63,810 bases of DNA from Octopus bimaculoides (GCF_001194135.2 NC_068999.1:1602669-1666478), one strand, 5' to 3'. Shown: positions 13,564 through 27,394, counted from the stretch's first letter. Program-made: numbers and translations. Notes: a model not told the origin generated them from the letters alone.

Positions 13564-13672
13564 TGAAGTGTTTTGCTCAAGAATATAACGCATCACCTGG
13601 CCCAGGATTCGAAACCACGATCTTACGTTCACGACTTCATGCGACACCCTAACCATTGCGCTACGAGTATTC
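13564..13672 (-). mobile_element. Family-C SINE 5' part
   Basis: The reverse complement has GTAGCGCAATGGTTAGGGTG (A box), GTGGTTTCGAATCCTGG (B box) and TTCTTGAGCAAAACACTTCA (CORE-like). Confidence 0.65.
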
Positions 13673-14593
13673 ATTTGTATAACACATATAACTCAAGAAA
13701 AAAGTAAGCCCAATCACACAAGGATAGACACTCACACCCATAACAATAAAAGCTTACACACACACATACACACACACACATATAAACACACACACATACA
13801 CACAAACACGCGCTCGCGCGCTCACACGCACACATGCCCCACTGAAGCAATAAATAAATGATACAGACATTCCCAAATTATTGAGAATGTGTATAATCCT
13901 GAACACTTACGCATCCATATTTACGTGTGTATTTTAGTGTATGAGTACGTGTGAATCAGTATGAATATATGGTCTATGTGTATATATATTTGATATTGCA
14001 TGAATTTGCGTATGAAACTTTAAAAAGTGAAAAAGAAAACAACTCTGGGAAATAACTATAAGCTTACATTTTTTGAAATCTTATGAGGATGTATTTGGAA
14101 AAAATAGTTTATTTTTCTTCTATTTTATAAATATAAAGGCAAAAATGTTCTGTTATATAATAGAATAATATTCTATTACCTTTAGAAAAGACTCCTTATA
14201 TAATAGGATAATATCCACCTAAAATATTAGAATAGCATTAGTATTTAACACTGTTTTCATAATATTATAAGAATATTATTCGTACATCAGACGTTTTCAA
14301 AGAAATAAGTATTTATAATTTATTTAAACAGTGGCGTAATGAATGTCATATACATACTATTATAAATTCATATTATTTCCCCTGTGAAATGCAGCCATAA
14401 AAAAATAGAATATAGCAGTAACTAATTGCAACATTCAATGAGAAAAGAGGTAGATAGAAATTTATTAATATCATATGTCTCAAGTATATGGGCGTTCATA
14501 AAGAAGCATGTACAACAATAGACATATATCTTGGTATATTCGATACCGTGTGCATGGTATACTCAAAATGATGTTCACTATATGTATGTAAAC

Positions 14594-14650
<57 letters not shown>

Positions 14651-14706
14651 GTATTTGGATTTGCTTTGCAAGATTCTTTATGTGAGTTCGTGTGTTGAAG
14701 CATATT

Positions 14707-14859
14707 CTATTGTGTCCGGGGAGAGTCATTCTCTTTTAGTGCCTTATAATTTAACACACTCACCGGTAAAATTTCTGTTCATTTCCTTCTTTATTTTTAC
14801 CTGTGAGTGTGTTAAATTATAAGGAATCAAAAGAGAATGACTCTTCCCAAACAAAACAG
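14707..14859. repeat. Hairpin MITE-like inverted repeat (~65-bp arms, ~20-bp loop)
   Basis: GGGGAGAGTCATTCTCTTTTAGTGCCTTATAATTTAACACACTCACCGGTAAAA versus TTTTACCTGTGAGTGTGTTAAATTATAAGGAATCAAAAGAGAATGACTCTTCCC. The ORF track shows the same peptide ESHSLLxPYNLTHSxVK on both strands. Confidence 0.9.
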
Positions 14860-14865
14860 TGTGCC

Positions 14866-14909
<44 letters not shown>

Positions 14910-15626
14910 CATACTGGGACTTCAAGCATTGTTTGGAGGTAATGAGTGACATTGTATTTTTTGCAAGTGTTGCAGGAAATTGGTAAAGTGTGCGTGGATT
15001 TTCCGTCCAATACCGTTTCATTGTACATATTAAACAAGAGTCAAACGACTGCATTTTTCAAATATATATGTGTAAGTTTACACAGATCCTATTATGAGTG
15101 AACGAAATATTTTAATACGAACAAATTCAATCTGAACATGAGTTATCTCCTCGTATCTGTTCATCATAACTCACAGCATACCACCAAACAACGTTTCAAA
15201 CCCAGGAAAGTCTAATCAAAAATCATGTAGCATATTTAACATGGAGACAGATTATTAAAATTCTTCAGCGGTACTTTTGACAATTGGGAATTTTTCGCAT
15301 GAAATTAATGATAGAATTGTTAATCCACAAATAAAAAAAAATGTTTATTCACCAAATGTGCTGTTGAGCATTCATTGTCTCAACAGCTCATCAATATCTT
15401 ATTCACGTGCGTGTCTGTACGAATGAGTGTGTATGCATGTATACATATAAATAAATGTATATAAACATATATGCGTGTGTGCGTGTGTGTGTGTGTCTGT
15501 GAGTGTATATGTGTGTACATATATATATGTAAATATATGTGTGTCCGTATATAAATGCCTATAGCTTAATTATATATATATATGGACGCGTGTGTGTGTG
15601 TGTCTGTATGTTCGTGAGCATCAGTT

Positions 15627-15663
<37 letters not shown>

Positions 15664-17070
15664 AAACGTATGCGTGTTATGTTCCGCAAATATTTTAATT
15701 TAATATTAGAAAGTGGAATTCCTTTAAACAGTTAATTTCCGTTAGGAAGTACAACAATGAAAAACGAATTATTTTATTTATTTATTTCTTCACTCATTTT
15801 TATATAATTAATTTGTTCTTCCCACAATTTAGCATTACTGCATTATTATTTTCATCATAAAATATTCATTACATATACATATACATACGTATGTATGTAT
15901 GTATGTATGTATGTATGAATGAGTGTGTATGTGTGTTTGTGTATATATATGTGGGTGTGTGTCTATATGTATATGTGTGTATATATATACACACACATAT
16001 ACATATATGTATATTATATGTGTGTGTGTATATATATATAAAGTATGTATATATTTATATATATGTATGTGTATATACAATTAAATATGTGATTATATAT
16101 ATCTGTATATATATGTGTGTGTGTGTGTGAATGAATGTTTGTGTATGCAATTATTTATACATGTATCATACGTATGAATGCATATATGAATGTATACATA
16201 TGCACACACACACACACACATTTGTATATGGTTCAAATGTACAAAAGAAAAAAATAAGCTATTATATACAAATAGAATAACTACGTCTGCTCACACGTAT
16301 TTAATATATATACCTGCGTGAGTATGTATAAATAGACTTACTCGTATCTATTTATACCACGTATATGTGTATGTGTGTGTGTCTGCATGGATATGTGTGT
16401 GTGTGTGTGTGATTGTGTGTGTGTGTGTATACATTAGATGTATAAGTTTAATAGAATAGTTTTTATTTATTTGATACCATTTTCTCAATGAATTAGTCTT
16501 TCCTAAGATATAGCGAAATATCCAAAGGTGCAATAAAAGAACAAATAGGGACCACTTCTACTGCACGTTTGAAGCTTGATTTTTCATGGAGGCCATAGAT
16601 TGATGTTTATTATTCATATAAAGATTATGCAAGTCGCAATAAATTTTAACATGTAGCAATCTACTTAATGTGGTTCATCTTGGTTGACCTATTTGCAATG
16701 ACTACATCCGTTCTCGCTACAGATTTAGTTTTACGTTTAAATGTTCTTAAAATTCATTCACGTTTTCCCTCTGTGGAAGGAACAAAGTTGCAATTTTTGC
16801 ATAAATATTATAATGTACCATACTTTATTCAGGGTTAGAAAGATAATGAGGAACATTATTATTACCTCCTCTTTCAAACTACCTGTTGGAGTTCAATAGA
16901 CTTCTGTATGCTGATAACCAGTCAGTTGGTGTTGAGGGCAGGGATTTTTTATATCTAGTTCAAATGTACAAAAGACAAAAAGAAAAAAAAAATCACATGA
17001 CAGAGACAGGTGAGGAAATGGCAGAGACGGTGTATTAATTTTGACGCTCATAAAAATTCGAAAACCCATT

Positions 17071-17095
17071 GACGTTTCGAGACTGCGCTCGTCAG
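17071..17095 (-). ncRNA. Minimal type I hammerhead ribozyme core motif (probably decayed)
   Basis: Minus strand CTGACGA-G cgcagtct C-GAAA-CG-TC has the full CUGANGA and GAAA boxes, a G10.1-C11.1 closing pair, a palindromic ACGU helix III and a GUC cleavage triplet. Helix I is not well formed. Confidence 0.5.
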
Positions 17096-19189
17096 CAGAA
17101 AGGAATGACGAAAGAAAACGGAGAGAGAAAACTAATGTGCCTGGATTAACGGTTTCGTATGTCGAATAGACTGGAAGGAAGTGGTTGAATGGAAGGGTCA
17201 TGTGTATGTGTTTGTGCATCAAGTTTATGCGACCATATTGAGTGTATTTATGCGTGGTTATGTAAATGAGCACGTGTGTGTGTTGGGATTAACGGAGGCA
17301 GAAACATGGTGGCTTTCTTTTCCAATGAAATGGATGTTTGAACAGGAGGGGAGTAACTGATTTGGGCCGTTGCTTTTAGAAAGCAAATGGCTTCAACAGA
17401 TGCCGCAGGGAGTCTCGTACGGCATCTGTCAACAGGTCCGCCAATTTTCTACCCAGGATTTACATGCTTATCAGCATAGAAAGGGAAATGTTGCGTGTGG
17501 TGGGATATGAGCCCAAAACACAAAATGTCGGATTAAATGCGGCGAAGCACTCTAACAAACACTCTACCGCCTTTAATAGATAGCAGCCATTTTGAAATAC
17601 TGAACTATAATGCATCACCCATCGCGAATCAACACAAAAATGTTTATATATCACTGTGTGTGTGTATGTATGTATGTATGTATGTATGTATGTATGTATG
17701 TATGTATGCGTGCATGTGCGTGTATTTATTTATTTAAAGGAAACCGAGAAATATTCAAGACAATCTGCGGAAATATAAAAAAACTACCAAATGAAAGAAC
17801 GGAAGAATTTTGTCTGACGGTTCAGCCTGGTTTGTGATTTGATATTGGAAGATTTCAAGGCTTCTTTCTAAGTTGCAATATTTTAGAGACACATGAAAAG
17901 ATATCTGTTCCGATCGATGCTGTATTATGTACGAAAGATCAAATGGTAAAGAAGAAGGATGGATATTTTTAATGGTATATTTATGATTTCATATCAAACA
18001 AACATTGAAATCGAGTCAATAGTTTTCTGAGAATATAGAAAGATGAGAAGAAATGGAGAAAAAGACCCTGAAAAAAAAACGCGGAATAAAATTGAATACT
18101 TATATATAGAGAGAGAGAAAAATAAATGTGTGGGTGAATGAATGATTGTAAGTATTTACTTTTGTACATATGCGTGAGAACGTGTGTATGCGAGCATGTG
18201 TATATATATGCATATATGCAGATAGCTAAATATGTGTCTGTCTGTGTACGTATATATATATCCATACATACATTCATATAAATATATATATNNNNNNNNN
18301 NNNNNNNNNNNNNNNNNNNNNNNNNNNNNNNNNNNNNNNNNNNNNNNNNNNNNNNNNNNNNNNNNNNNNNNNNNNNNNNNNNNNNNNNNNNNNNNNNNNN
18401 NNNNNNNNNNNNNNNNNNNNNNNNNNNNNNNNNNNNNNNNNNNNNNNNNNNNNNNNNNNNNNNNNNNNNNNNNNNNNNNNNNNNNNNNNNNNNNNNNNNN
18501 NNNNNNNNNNNNNNNNNNNNNNNNNNNNNNNNNNNNNNNNNNNNNNNNNNNNNNNNNNNNNNNNNNNNNNNNNNNNNNNNNNNNNNNNNNNNNNNNNNNN
18601 NNNNNNNNNNNNNNNNNNNNNNNNNNNNNNNNNNNNNNNNNNNNNNNNNNNNNNNNNNNNNNNNNNNNNNNNNNNNNNNNNNNNNNNNNNNNNNNNNNNN
18701 NNNNNNNNNNNNNNNNNNNNNNNNNNNNNNNNNNNNNNNNNNNNNNNNNNNNNNNNNNNNNNNNNNNNNNNNNNNNNNNNNNNNNNNNNNNNNNNNNNNN
18801 NNNNNNNNNNNNNNNNNNNNNNNNNNNNNNNNNNNNNNNNNNNNNNNNNNNNNNNNNNNNNNNNNNNNNNNNNNNNNNNNNNNNNNNNNNNNNNNNNNNN
18901 NNNNNNNNNNNNNNNNNNNNNNNNNNNNNNNNNNNNNNNNNNNNNNNNNNNNNNNNNNNNNNNNNNNNNNNNNNNNNNNNNNNNNNNNNNNNNNNNNNNN
19001 NNNNNNNNNNNNNNNNNNNNNNNNNNNNNNNNNNNNNNNNNNNNNNNNNNNNNNNNNNNNNNNNNNNNNNNNNNNNNNNNNNNNNNNNNNNNNNNNNNNN
19101 NNNNNNNNNNNNNNNNNNNNNNNNNNNNNNNNNNNNNNNNNNNNNNNNNNNNNNNNNNNNNNNNNNNNNNNNNNNNNNNNNNNNNNNNN

Positions 19190-19237
<48 letters not shown>

Positions 19238-19744
19238 TATGTGTGTGTTATGTAAAATGATATATCAAGGCCAAGGCAATGTGATATATCTAGGACATTT
19301 ATAAAGAGAAGGGTAGTCTTACCAGCTGTTTCAGGGATATAAAAGGTATCTCATCACCAGAGATGTTATGAGAGAGTTTCAATATAATGAATTAGGAGAG
19401 TTCATTATATAAGAAGTTAATTTGGAAAGGGTGAGATACAGAAAGTATAAAGGGAGACATGAGAATAAAAATGAAAATAATCTTGGATATTAAAATTGGT
19501 GTTCCATTATCCAAGGAACGTCTTGTGTAGAATAGGTAAAGAGGTTTTTTGTTCAGGATATGTAAGTTCCATTAGGAGTTTGTATTTTATTATTTCAAAT
19601 GCATAGTGTGCAGATATTAATTCCTTCTGTCAACCGTATTTCGCTGGTGAGGCCTTGATAAGCACGTGGGTTTAACAACGATACCACGTATCTCTAAAGC
19701 AATATTCTGAATTACGTATACTTTATTTCCGACGAAGGGTTTTT

Positions 19745-20060
19745 AGTCGAACAAATCGACCCCAGGACTGATTCTTTGTAAGCCCAGTACTTACTCTATC
19801 GGGTACTTTTACCGAACTACTACTTACGGAAACGTAAACACACCACCATCGGTTGTTAAGCGACGTTGGGAGACAAACAAATACACAAAGACACACACAC
19901 ATAAATATGTACATATACATTTATACACCAGGTTTCCTTTAGTTTCCGTTCACCAAATCGACGCACAAGGCTTTGGTCGGCCCGAGCCTATTGTAGAAGA
20001 CACTTGCTGAAGTTGCTTGCAGTGGGACTAAACCCGGAACCATGTGGCTGGGAAGCAATG
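19745..20060 (-). mobile_element. tRNA-derived SINE family B (internal microsatellite)
   Basis: The reverse complement contains CCACATGGTTCCGGGTTTAGTCCCACTG...CAAGTGTCTTCTAC..AGGCTCGGGCCGACCAAAGCCTTGTG, a (TA/TG) insert, then GTGTTTACGTTTCC...CCTGGGGTCGATTTGTTCGACTAAA; it matches 34313-34770 and 53727-54135. Confidence 0.85.
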
Positions 20061-20767
20061 TACCATGTGGTATATATTTGATTTATCTAGACTGTGAAAT
20101 CCTATAAACGCCTGCTTTCGAAAAACAAAAGTCCCAAAGTCAGTCCCTTTGTCACTGTCTTACAAATGAAGTGAACTTCATTCTGGCCGGTTACAAACCT
20201 ATGATCAACACATCTATATATTCACAAAATGTCATCCACAACACATAAATAGATGAATGCTATACTTAGGACCCCCTGTGACATAATTCTATAAGTTATT
20301 TGCAAATTGACAAAATTGGACAAGACTCCATATACATCAAAGCTGATTAAGATATCGTCTACAAATATACGTTCCATAATCACGTTGCTGAATGCTTCCT
20401 ATATTTACACCTCGAGGCAGCGGAAAACTTCAGCGCATCATTGACATTACAGAAAGATTTACTTACAAATTTCCTTTCTAGCTACATATGGAAATCCATA
20501 TGCGTATATGCTTACGTACATGTGTGTATTTATATATATATATATATATATATATACATACATACATANNNNNNNNNNNNNNNNNNNNNNNNNNNNNNNN
20601 NNNNNNNNNNNNNNNNNNNNNNNNNNNNNNNNNNNNNNNNNNNNNNNNNNNNNNNNNNNNNNNNNNNNNNNNNNNNNNNNNNNNNNNNNNNNNNNNNNNN
20701 NNNNNNNNNNNNNNNNNNNNNNNNNNNNNNNNNNNNNNNNNNNNNNNNNNNNNNNNNNNNNNNNNNN

Positions 20768-20836
<69 letters not shown>

Positions 20837-21423
20837 CACACATATGTAGAATTATATCGGATAATTAAATTCTTTACTGCATGGCGTCTTCTAGAGTTTT
20901 CGTCGACATCCACTTCTTTCGCTAACGAACATTAGAAACGGAACATAAATAATCGGTCGTAAGCGTGAAAAGGAAACTGCACCATTTAAAATTAAATTTA
21001 ACGACCGTAGATAAACGTAACAAAAACCATTCTGGCGCGAGTTTTGTTACTGTTTTGTTCTTTGTCATATTTTTCTAGTTATTTTATTTTATTAATACTT
21101 CTACATTTTTTTTTCAAAATCCCTTGGAGATATTGTATTTTCTCGAGCAGAATAGGAAATCCCAGTTGATTGGTGTAATTAGATTACATTCGTTCCAAAG
21201 GAAGAAATTTGTATCAATTTCCAAGATTGATATTGTGTATGTGTGTACGTTTGTGTGTATGTCTATCTATACGTATGCATATACATATATTACAAATATG
21301 AAATATTGATTCATAGATAATAAATACACATATACATATATGAAAGTATACTTATTTTATCTACATGGCAACATATATATACATACATATATTTATGTGT
21401 ATGTGCGTGTGTGCACGTGTATT

Positions 21424-21520
<97 letters not shown>

Positions 21521-22268
21521 TCATATTTTCATACAAATCTCTCATTATGTTACAAAGATTAGATTTCAAATTGGAGACACAAGAATCTTGCAATAGGACG
21601 CCTTCTATTCTGGAAGCACAATGGCGCATCCATCTTCCAATCTCAACTTCCTGTAACCATTGTTTTTCTTTTTTCCTCTTCCGCCTTACACAAAATTTCC
21701 TATATTTAATATCTGTGGAATGGAAGCAATTTTTTCACTCACCATTGCAGAAACTATAACTCATTTTAGAAGCATTTACTTCGAATTCTACCAAGTAAAA
21801 TTTCATATTCCTTATATTTAAATCTAACTTTTCACTATAAGTCCTTAATTAATTTCCCTCAATAATAACTCACTGAGTTTCACCATAGTTCTCTATTGTT
21901 ACCCAAATATTTCAATTATCCTACAAACCGATTCTGAAATATTGTAGCAGAGTATGTTGTAGAAAATAAATCGGGTTGTCCCCTCTAAATCCAGAGTAGT
22001 CATCTTGTCTCATTTTAAACATAGCAAATTAATTTAAAATTACTATTTCTGTTTCTATAAAATTTTGCTCAGGTATTTTATCTGTTAACTAACGATATAT
22101 TCCAACCATTTCTTTATACAAAATTCCAGAAATTAGAGCGGTGGCGGATTGAAGCCCACGTTTTTGGTATTGTTAATTTAGGGAGCGTTTTAATAGGGAG
22201 CGTTTTAATAGGGCGCTAGAAAATACAGTGACCTTTAATCTACTTCTCTTTTGTTACTCTTCTTCTTC

Positions 22269-22269
<1 letters not shown>

Positions 22270-22347
<78 letters not shown>
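22270..22347. repeat. (TAT)n microsatellite
   Basis: Directly visible. Confidence 0.98.
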
Positions 22348-22349
<2 letters not shown>

Positions 22350-22384
22350 TTCGTCTTCTTCTTTTCCAGCATGTTGGCACCGTC

Positions 22385-22600
22385 GATCGCAGCAACGGGG
22401 TTTCCATCTTCAAGCTGGCTGAGCATTGTGTTGTTGAGCAAAACCCTTCTTTTTGCGTTGTTCCAGTTCACCCAGCTTTAAAAGAATAACCCTGCGACAG
22501 TTTGGCGTCCCGTTCAGGGAGAATGCTATCATCTCTGTCGTCATTTATGCGCCATAGAAACCGAATGCCCGCCCAATGAGTCTAAGTACACGAAGCAATA
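22385..22600 (+). mobile_element. Degenerate SINE with CORE-like then V-domain-like segment
   Basis: TTGTGTTGTTGAGCAAAACCCTT...CACCCAGCT followed by ACCCTGCGACAGTTTGGCGTCCCGTTCAGGG, which resembles the recalled V-SINE motif CCCTGCGATGGACTGGCGTCCCGTCCAGGG, then AGAAACCG. Confidence 0.5.
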
Positions 22601-23407
22601 AAGTCTGGGGGCTTAGATACAATTCATGTTATTTTATGTAGACTCTCGGTTACAGATGGTATAATAAGAGGAGAATCTTCCCTGGCATTCGACTGTGAGA
22701 TGTGGCAGTTAATGCTATGATAAACAATTTAAATACTAATACCACTTGTAATGGTAGACATAACTTGCATACCGTCTTCATAAAACAATCTACTACCCTA
22801 ATACCCGAACAGGACATATAGGATAATGTAGTCCTGGATACACTAAGCTTGAATACAACAATTATGTGATGTAAACGGCTGAGCCTTCATTTTAATCATA
22901 TGTTTTCTTAATCAGGCAAGATCTGAGCTTAAAGAACCAAATAGGAAAGTCATGGATAGAAACTTTTTGCCTGGGGTTATACACAGCAACTATACATGGT
23001 GTTGTGGTTTGATGTTTGATATATTTTATAGTGTAGTACCTTGTGTTGCTTTAGGGGATGTTGTGTCACGTGCTGGTGTTTCGTGTTAGTGCAACGTTTA
23101 ACACTGGTAAGCAATCTATTGCATTGAATCAACATATAAAACATTTCCGAACCTTCATCACCTTTAAACATTCAAATATTGATTAATAAACAAGTCTTGA
23201 CATATAAGGAAAATATATTTAATGTGAATAACTTCAACCGAGCATTCATTTGGAGTTTGATTTGTCATCTCTTGATATGGTCAACAGTAAAGCCGGACAA
23301 GAATGGATTCGAACTTAGATGGCCAAATGTGTAACTGAATACTGCTAAATAATTTGTCCATCTGTCTGCCTCTTCTGCTAACCACCTACTTTCAAATCCA
23401 CCGCTAC

Positions 23408-23600
23408 ACAGATTCTGTCTGTCCGTCGCCATTCTACGAGTCATTATATCGATTGTGCCAATCCATGGCCGTTTTGTTCGTCACACTAACAAATTCTAAA
23501 TATGTCACCATATTTTCTGTCACGCAACAGATTCTGCTGATCTGCCACCATTTTACTAGACAGTCTATCGATTGTGTCAATCAGACGCCATTTTAGATCT
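23408..23600. repeat. Diverged direct duplication, period ~119 bp
   Basis: ACAGATTCTG...CCATT.TAC....TATCGATTGTG.CAATC starts at 23408 and again at 23527. Confidence 0.7.
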
Positions 23601-24729
23601 AAATATGCTTTTAGAATATTTCCTTTCTCTTTATAGATGGCGATAACAGTCGTTAAACAAATATGTCCTCCACATACACTAAGCCATCACAGTCATTTAG
23701 CTATTGAATCATTTCTCTTTGTACCATGAAATGGGTTAGCAGCTTCTTCATGAAGCAGAAGTAAAAAAAAAATGTGCAACTAATTTGACACAGTGTTGGA
23801 ATTGAACACTGGGTAAATAGAACGACCAAACTAAATACTGAATGATATCTTATTTACCATTCCTGCAACCTCACTACTTTTGTCGTTTTTCAATATTGAT
23901 ATTATTATCGAATCAGCAATATTTTTTTATGGGAAAAGCTATTTCGAAAAACAAATTAATTCATCGAAACTGAATTATTTATTTTAGCGCAAAAAAGAAA
24001 AAAGAAACAGCAACCAAATCGGAATCACTCACTCTGTGTTATCTATTTTTATTTTCTAAATTGATTCCGAATTTTATATCTGCTTTTTTTTTTCTTTCTT
24101 TTGATAAACCACTGATTTTTTTATTTATCTTTTTATTGAATTCAATATTCATATATTTTATTTTAGATATATTTTTTTTTCTTCATCTGTTTTCATTTTA
24201 GAGTTACCATTTTTTATTACTTTCAAACGAAATCAAAGAAGTATATTAAGTAATCTTTTAATTTCTTAATGTTTTTCTTTTTTTTTTTTTTGTATTTTTT
24301 GTTATTATGTTTTTAATAGAGTTATCTTTTTGTTTTGTTTGTAGTGTTTACTAGTTCAGACATAGATAGATAAATAGCAGGAAAAAATATTTGGCTACGC
24401 AAAGATTTTCAATATGAAAATACGTTATTTGTTTGTTTTCTTTTTCTCAATCATAAACGGAATATGTTCTTATTAGCAATTTTCGCGGCACTCAAACCCT
24501 GGTATTTCAATTCGTTTCCACTATATTCTTGTAAATAATGTCTCTTAGCTTCCTTCCAGACTTTATTGTAACTGTCATTTGGTCTCCTAGCGTCAAATAT
24601 ACGTTTATATATATTATTTTTTCGCCTCAGAATTAACACATCACCTGTCGTATACATCTAATCTTTCTACTTCTACGAAATCTAACACCACCACAAACAT
24701 CACCACCACTACATTTGTAACCAACATAT

Positions 24730-24776
<47 letters not shown>

Positions 24777-24830
24777 TCACTACTACCACTAATAATAATA
24801 ATAATAGTAATAATAATAATAATAATAATA
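24730..24830. repeat. Compound (TAC)n-(TAA)n microsatellite
   Basis: Directly visible. Confidence 0.95.
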
Positions 24831-25097
24831 CTATTGGAAATTAGAATCAGTTTGGTGGTTATTTATGGATTATTTTGTTGCTCATAATATTTTTAGAGAA
24901 GGTTGTTTTATTTGATTTTTTTATAGATTGGCACTTATATCAAGATTTGTTGATGGTCATTGGTGAATAGCTTAATATTCAAGCACTTCAGACTGTAGAG
25001 TGCTGTGTACCTTTGTCCAATGGATAAAACGGATTGAACTGATGAGAGTAATAACGCATATAAATACACATGCGTTCGCATATGCATACATACATAT

Positions 25098-25136
<39 letters not shown>

Positions 25137-25234
25137 CACACACATATATATATATATATTTATACATATATACACTAGAAGATATAACCGATCTTGCTCG
25201 AGATTAAAGTGGCATAGTTTTTATTGTTTCGCTC

Positions 25235-25480
25235 ATGTAACTGCGGCCATGTTGTAGCACCGCCGCTGGTCGAACAAATCGACCACAGGATTTATTCTTT
25301 CTACTTATCTAGTAGTTATTCTAACGGTGTATTTTGCCGAACCGCTAAGTTATGGGAACGTAAACATAGCAGCATTGCTTGTGAAACAATGATGGCGGTT
25401 TAGACAGACACACAGACACACACAAACAAGTATACACATATATACGACAGTCTTCTTTCAGTTTCCGTGTACGAAATCTA
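25235..25480 (-). mobile_element. Family-B SINE, 3' half (5' half lost in gap)
   Basis: GCGGCCATGTTGTAGCACCGCC..GTCGAACAAATCGACC...GCCGAACCGCTAAGTTA...CTTTCAGTTTCCGT is shared with the other family-B copies. Confidence 0.8.
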
Positions 25481-25834
25481 NNNNNNNNNNATATATATAT
25501 TGTCAGAACTTATCATATTTCTCCAGTCGTGACATCGTATTCACGAAGCTTAACTAACCACTTATTTTGTCATGACAACGGAACTGACTTCAGAATTGAC
25601 TTTTTCCGTGTGTACATTTTGTCCTTTGTATAACATCTTTTATACGCTACCAGATCTCAACTCAACCATTGGCACTGCCATGTCATCCATCGGATGACCT
25701 ATGGGATAATTGGTAACCCCTCGTGTCGGTACTCATTACTGCAACACACAATGCGGTATCTTATGGCACATGCGCACACACACGCATGCGCATATGTGTG
25801 TCTGTGTGTGTAAAACAAATATATGTATATCTAT

Positions 25835-25917
<83 letters not shown>

Positions 25918-27017
25918 TTTTTGAGGCTATTATACAGGAATAGAGAGGCGAATATAATTCTCCGGAAACGAATTGTCACACTTGCTGCAACATAATATCT
26001 TTGGATTATTTTTTATTCTATTAAATCTTCCTTGTTTCTGTCAGACCATTCTAACCAAAGAAAAAGGCAATTTCAGGAATGCATTTGGGAAAACCACAAA
26101 GGAATTCACAACAAGCTTTGTCTGTTCATGTATAAATCATTGCTTCCTCCCCAACTCCTTTTTGTGTGTATATGTTTTGCAATGCAAACTATACGAGAGA
26201 GTAACTCTCCGATAAATGTGTGGCTTGCGGCTCATTTATGTATCCGCCATTGAGACCAAGTTCATTTTTCTATTTTTTTTATTTTCATTGTTTTTTTCTT
26301 CATTTATTTATATATTTATTTATTCATTTATGTACAAATCTTGCAACAGTTTCCTTTTTTCTGAGCATAACGAGAGCAGGATGGAACTGTAGCTGTCAAT
26401 TTTGATCTAACTGAAAATGGTTCTCTGATCTATTACTTTAGTGAAATGGAATCTTGCCACAGGAGCATATGTCTCCATAAACGAATAAAACGGACAGTTC
26501 AGTTAGCAACAAGGCCACAATTTTATAAAAGACACATTGACATTTAGAGAGTTTCTGGAAATTCTCGACTACTAATAATGTATTCCAATAAGGAATTACA
26601 TAAGAGATTCTTACAATTCTATAAGGAATTGATGAAATCTAACACAATAGTAACTTTGTCTCGAATGGATATGGTAAAAAATAATTTCACATGAAGTTAG
26701 GTCGTCCGATATAACTTTGAATATTTGGCATAGCGTCTTGTTCGTATATTCCTGCACAGTTTGAATATGTTAATGTTATAACGGAACTCGAATTCTTCCA
26801 CGTCTGAGACAGTACTGCTGTTTTCACACATACATACACACACACACACATATCAGCGTCTCAAATAATGACCACTCGATTAATTAAATATGAAAATTCT
26901 CATGGATCCATTGCAACGTCTGGCAGGCAGCCATCTTTCTAGAATTTCTGGCTTCTACATTAATATTTCTATTTCTGAGAACGTCGATATTCAAAATTTC
27001 AAGAGATGAATAAATGC

Positions 27018-27040
27018 ATGTATGTATGTATGTATGTATG

Positions 27041-27089
<49 letters not shown>

Positions 27090-27190
27090 GTCTGTCTGTC
27101 TATGTATGTATGTATGTATTTATGTATGTATGTATGTATGTATGTATGTATGTATCTATCTATCTATATATATATATATATATATATATA
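27018..27190. repeat. Compound (TATG)n-(TATC)n-(TGTC)n-(TATG)n-(TATC)n-(TA)n array
   Basis: Directly visible. Confidence 0.95.
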
Positions 27191-27339
27191 NNNNNNNNNN
27201 NNNNNNNNNNNNNNNNNNNNNNNNNNNNNNNNNNNNNNNNNNNNNNNNNNNNNNNNNNNNNNNNNNNNNNNNNNNNNNNNNNNNNNNNNNNNNNNNNNNN
27301 NNNNNNNNNNNNNNNNNNNNNNNNNNNNNNNNNNNNNNN

Positions 27340-27394
<55 letters not shown>

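Noticed and set aside
13564-13672. tRNA-like A and B boxes here and in other SINE heads
   Set aside because: No cloverleaf, and each continues into SINE body sequence, so these are not tRNA genes.
16883-16954. 72-nt minus-strand candidate exon (YKKSLPSTPTDWLSAYRSLLNSN)
   Set aside because: The donor is weak (GTAGTT) and its phase is incompatible with the other candidate exons; no homology recognised.
20130-20400. Minus-strand peptide EAFSNVIMERIFVDDILISF...RIMSQGV...VVDDIL with RT-like xDD words
   Set aside because: Motif spacing does not fit one RT domain. It may be a very decayed LTR/LINE RT but cannot be supported without a search.
22235-22481. Protein-like ORFs (…QLEDGNPVAAIDGANMLE…)
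   Set aside because: They overlap a degenerate SINE and a (TAT)n tract.
24451-24657. 68-aa minus ORF (…KVWKEAKRHYLQEYSGNELKYQG…)
   Set aside because: No convincing splice sites or recognisable domain.
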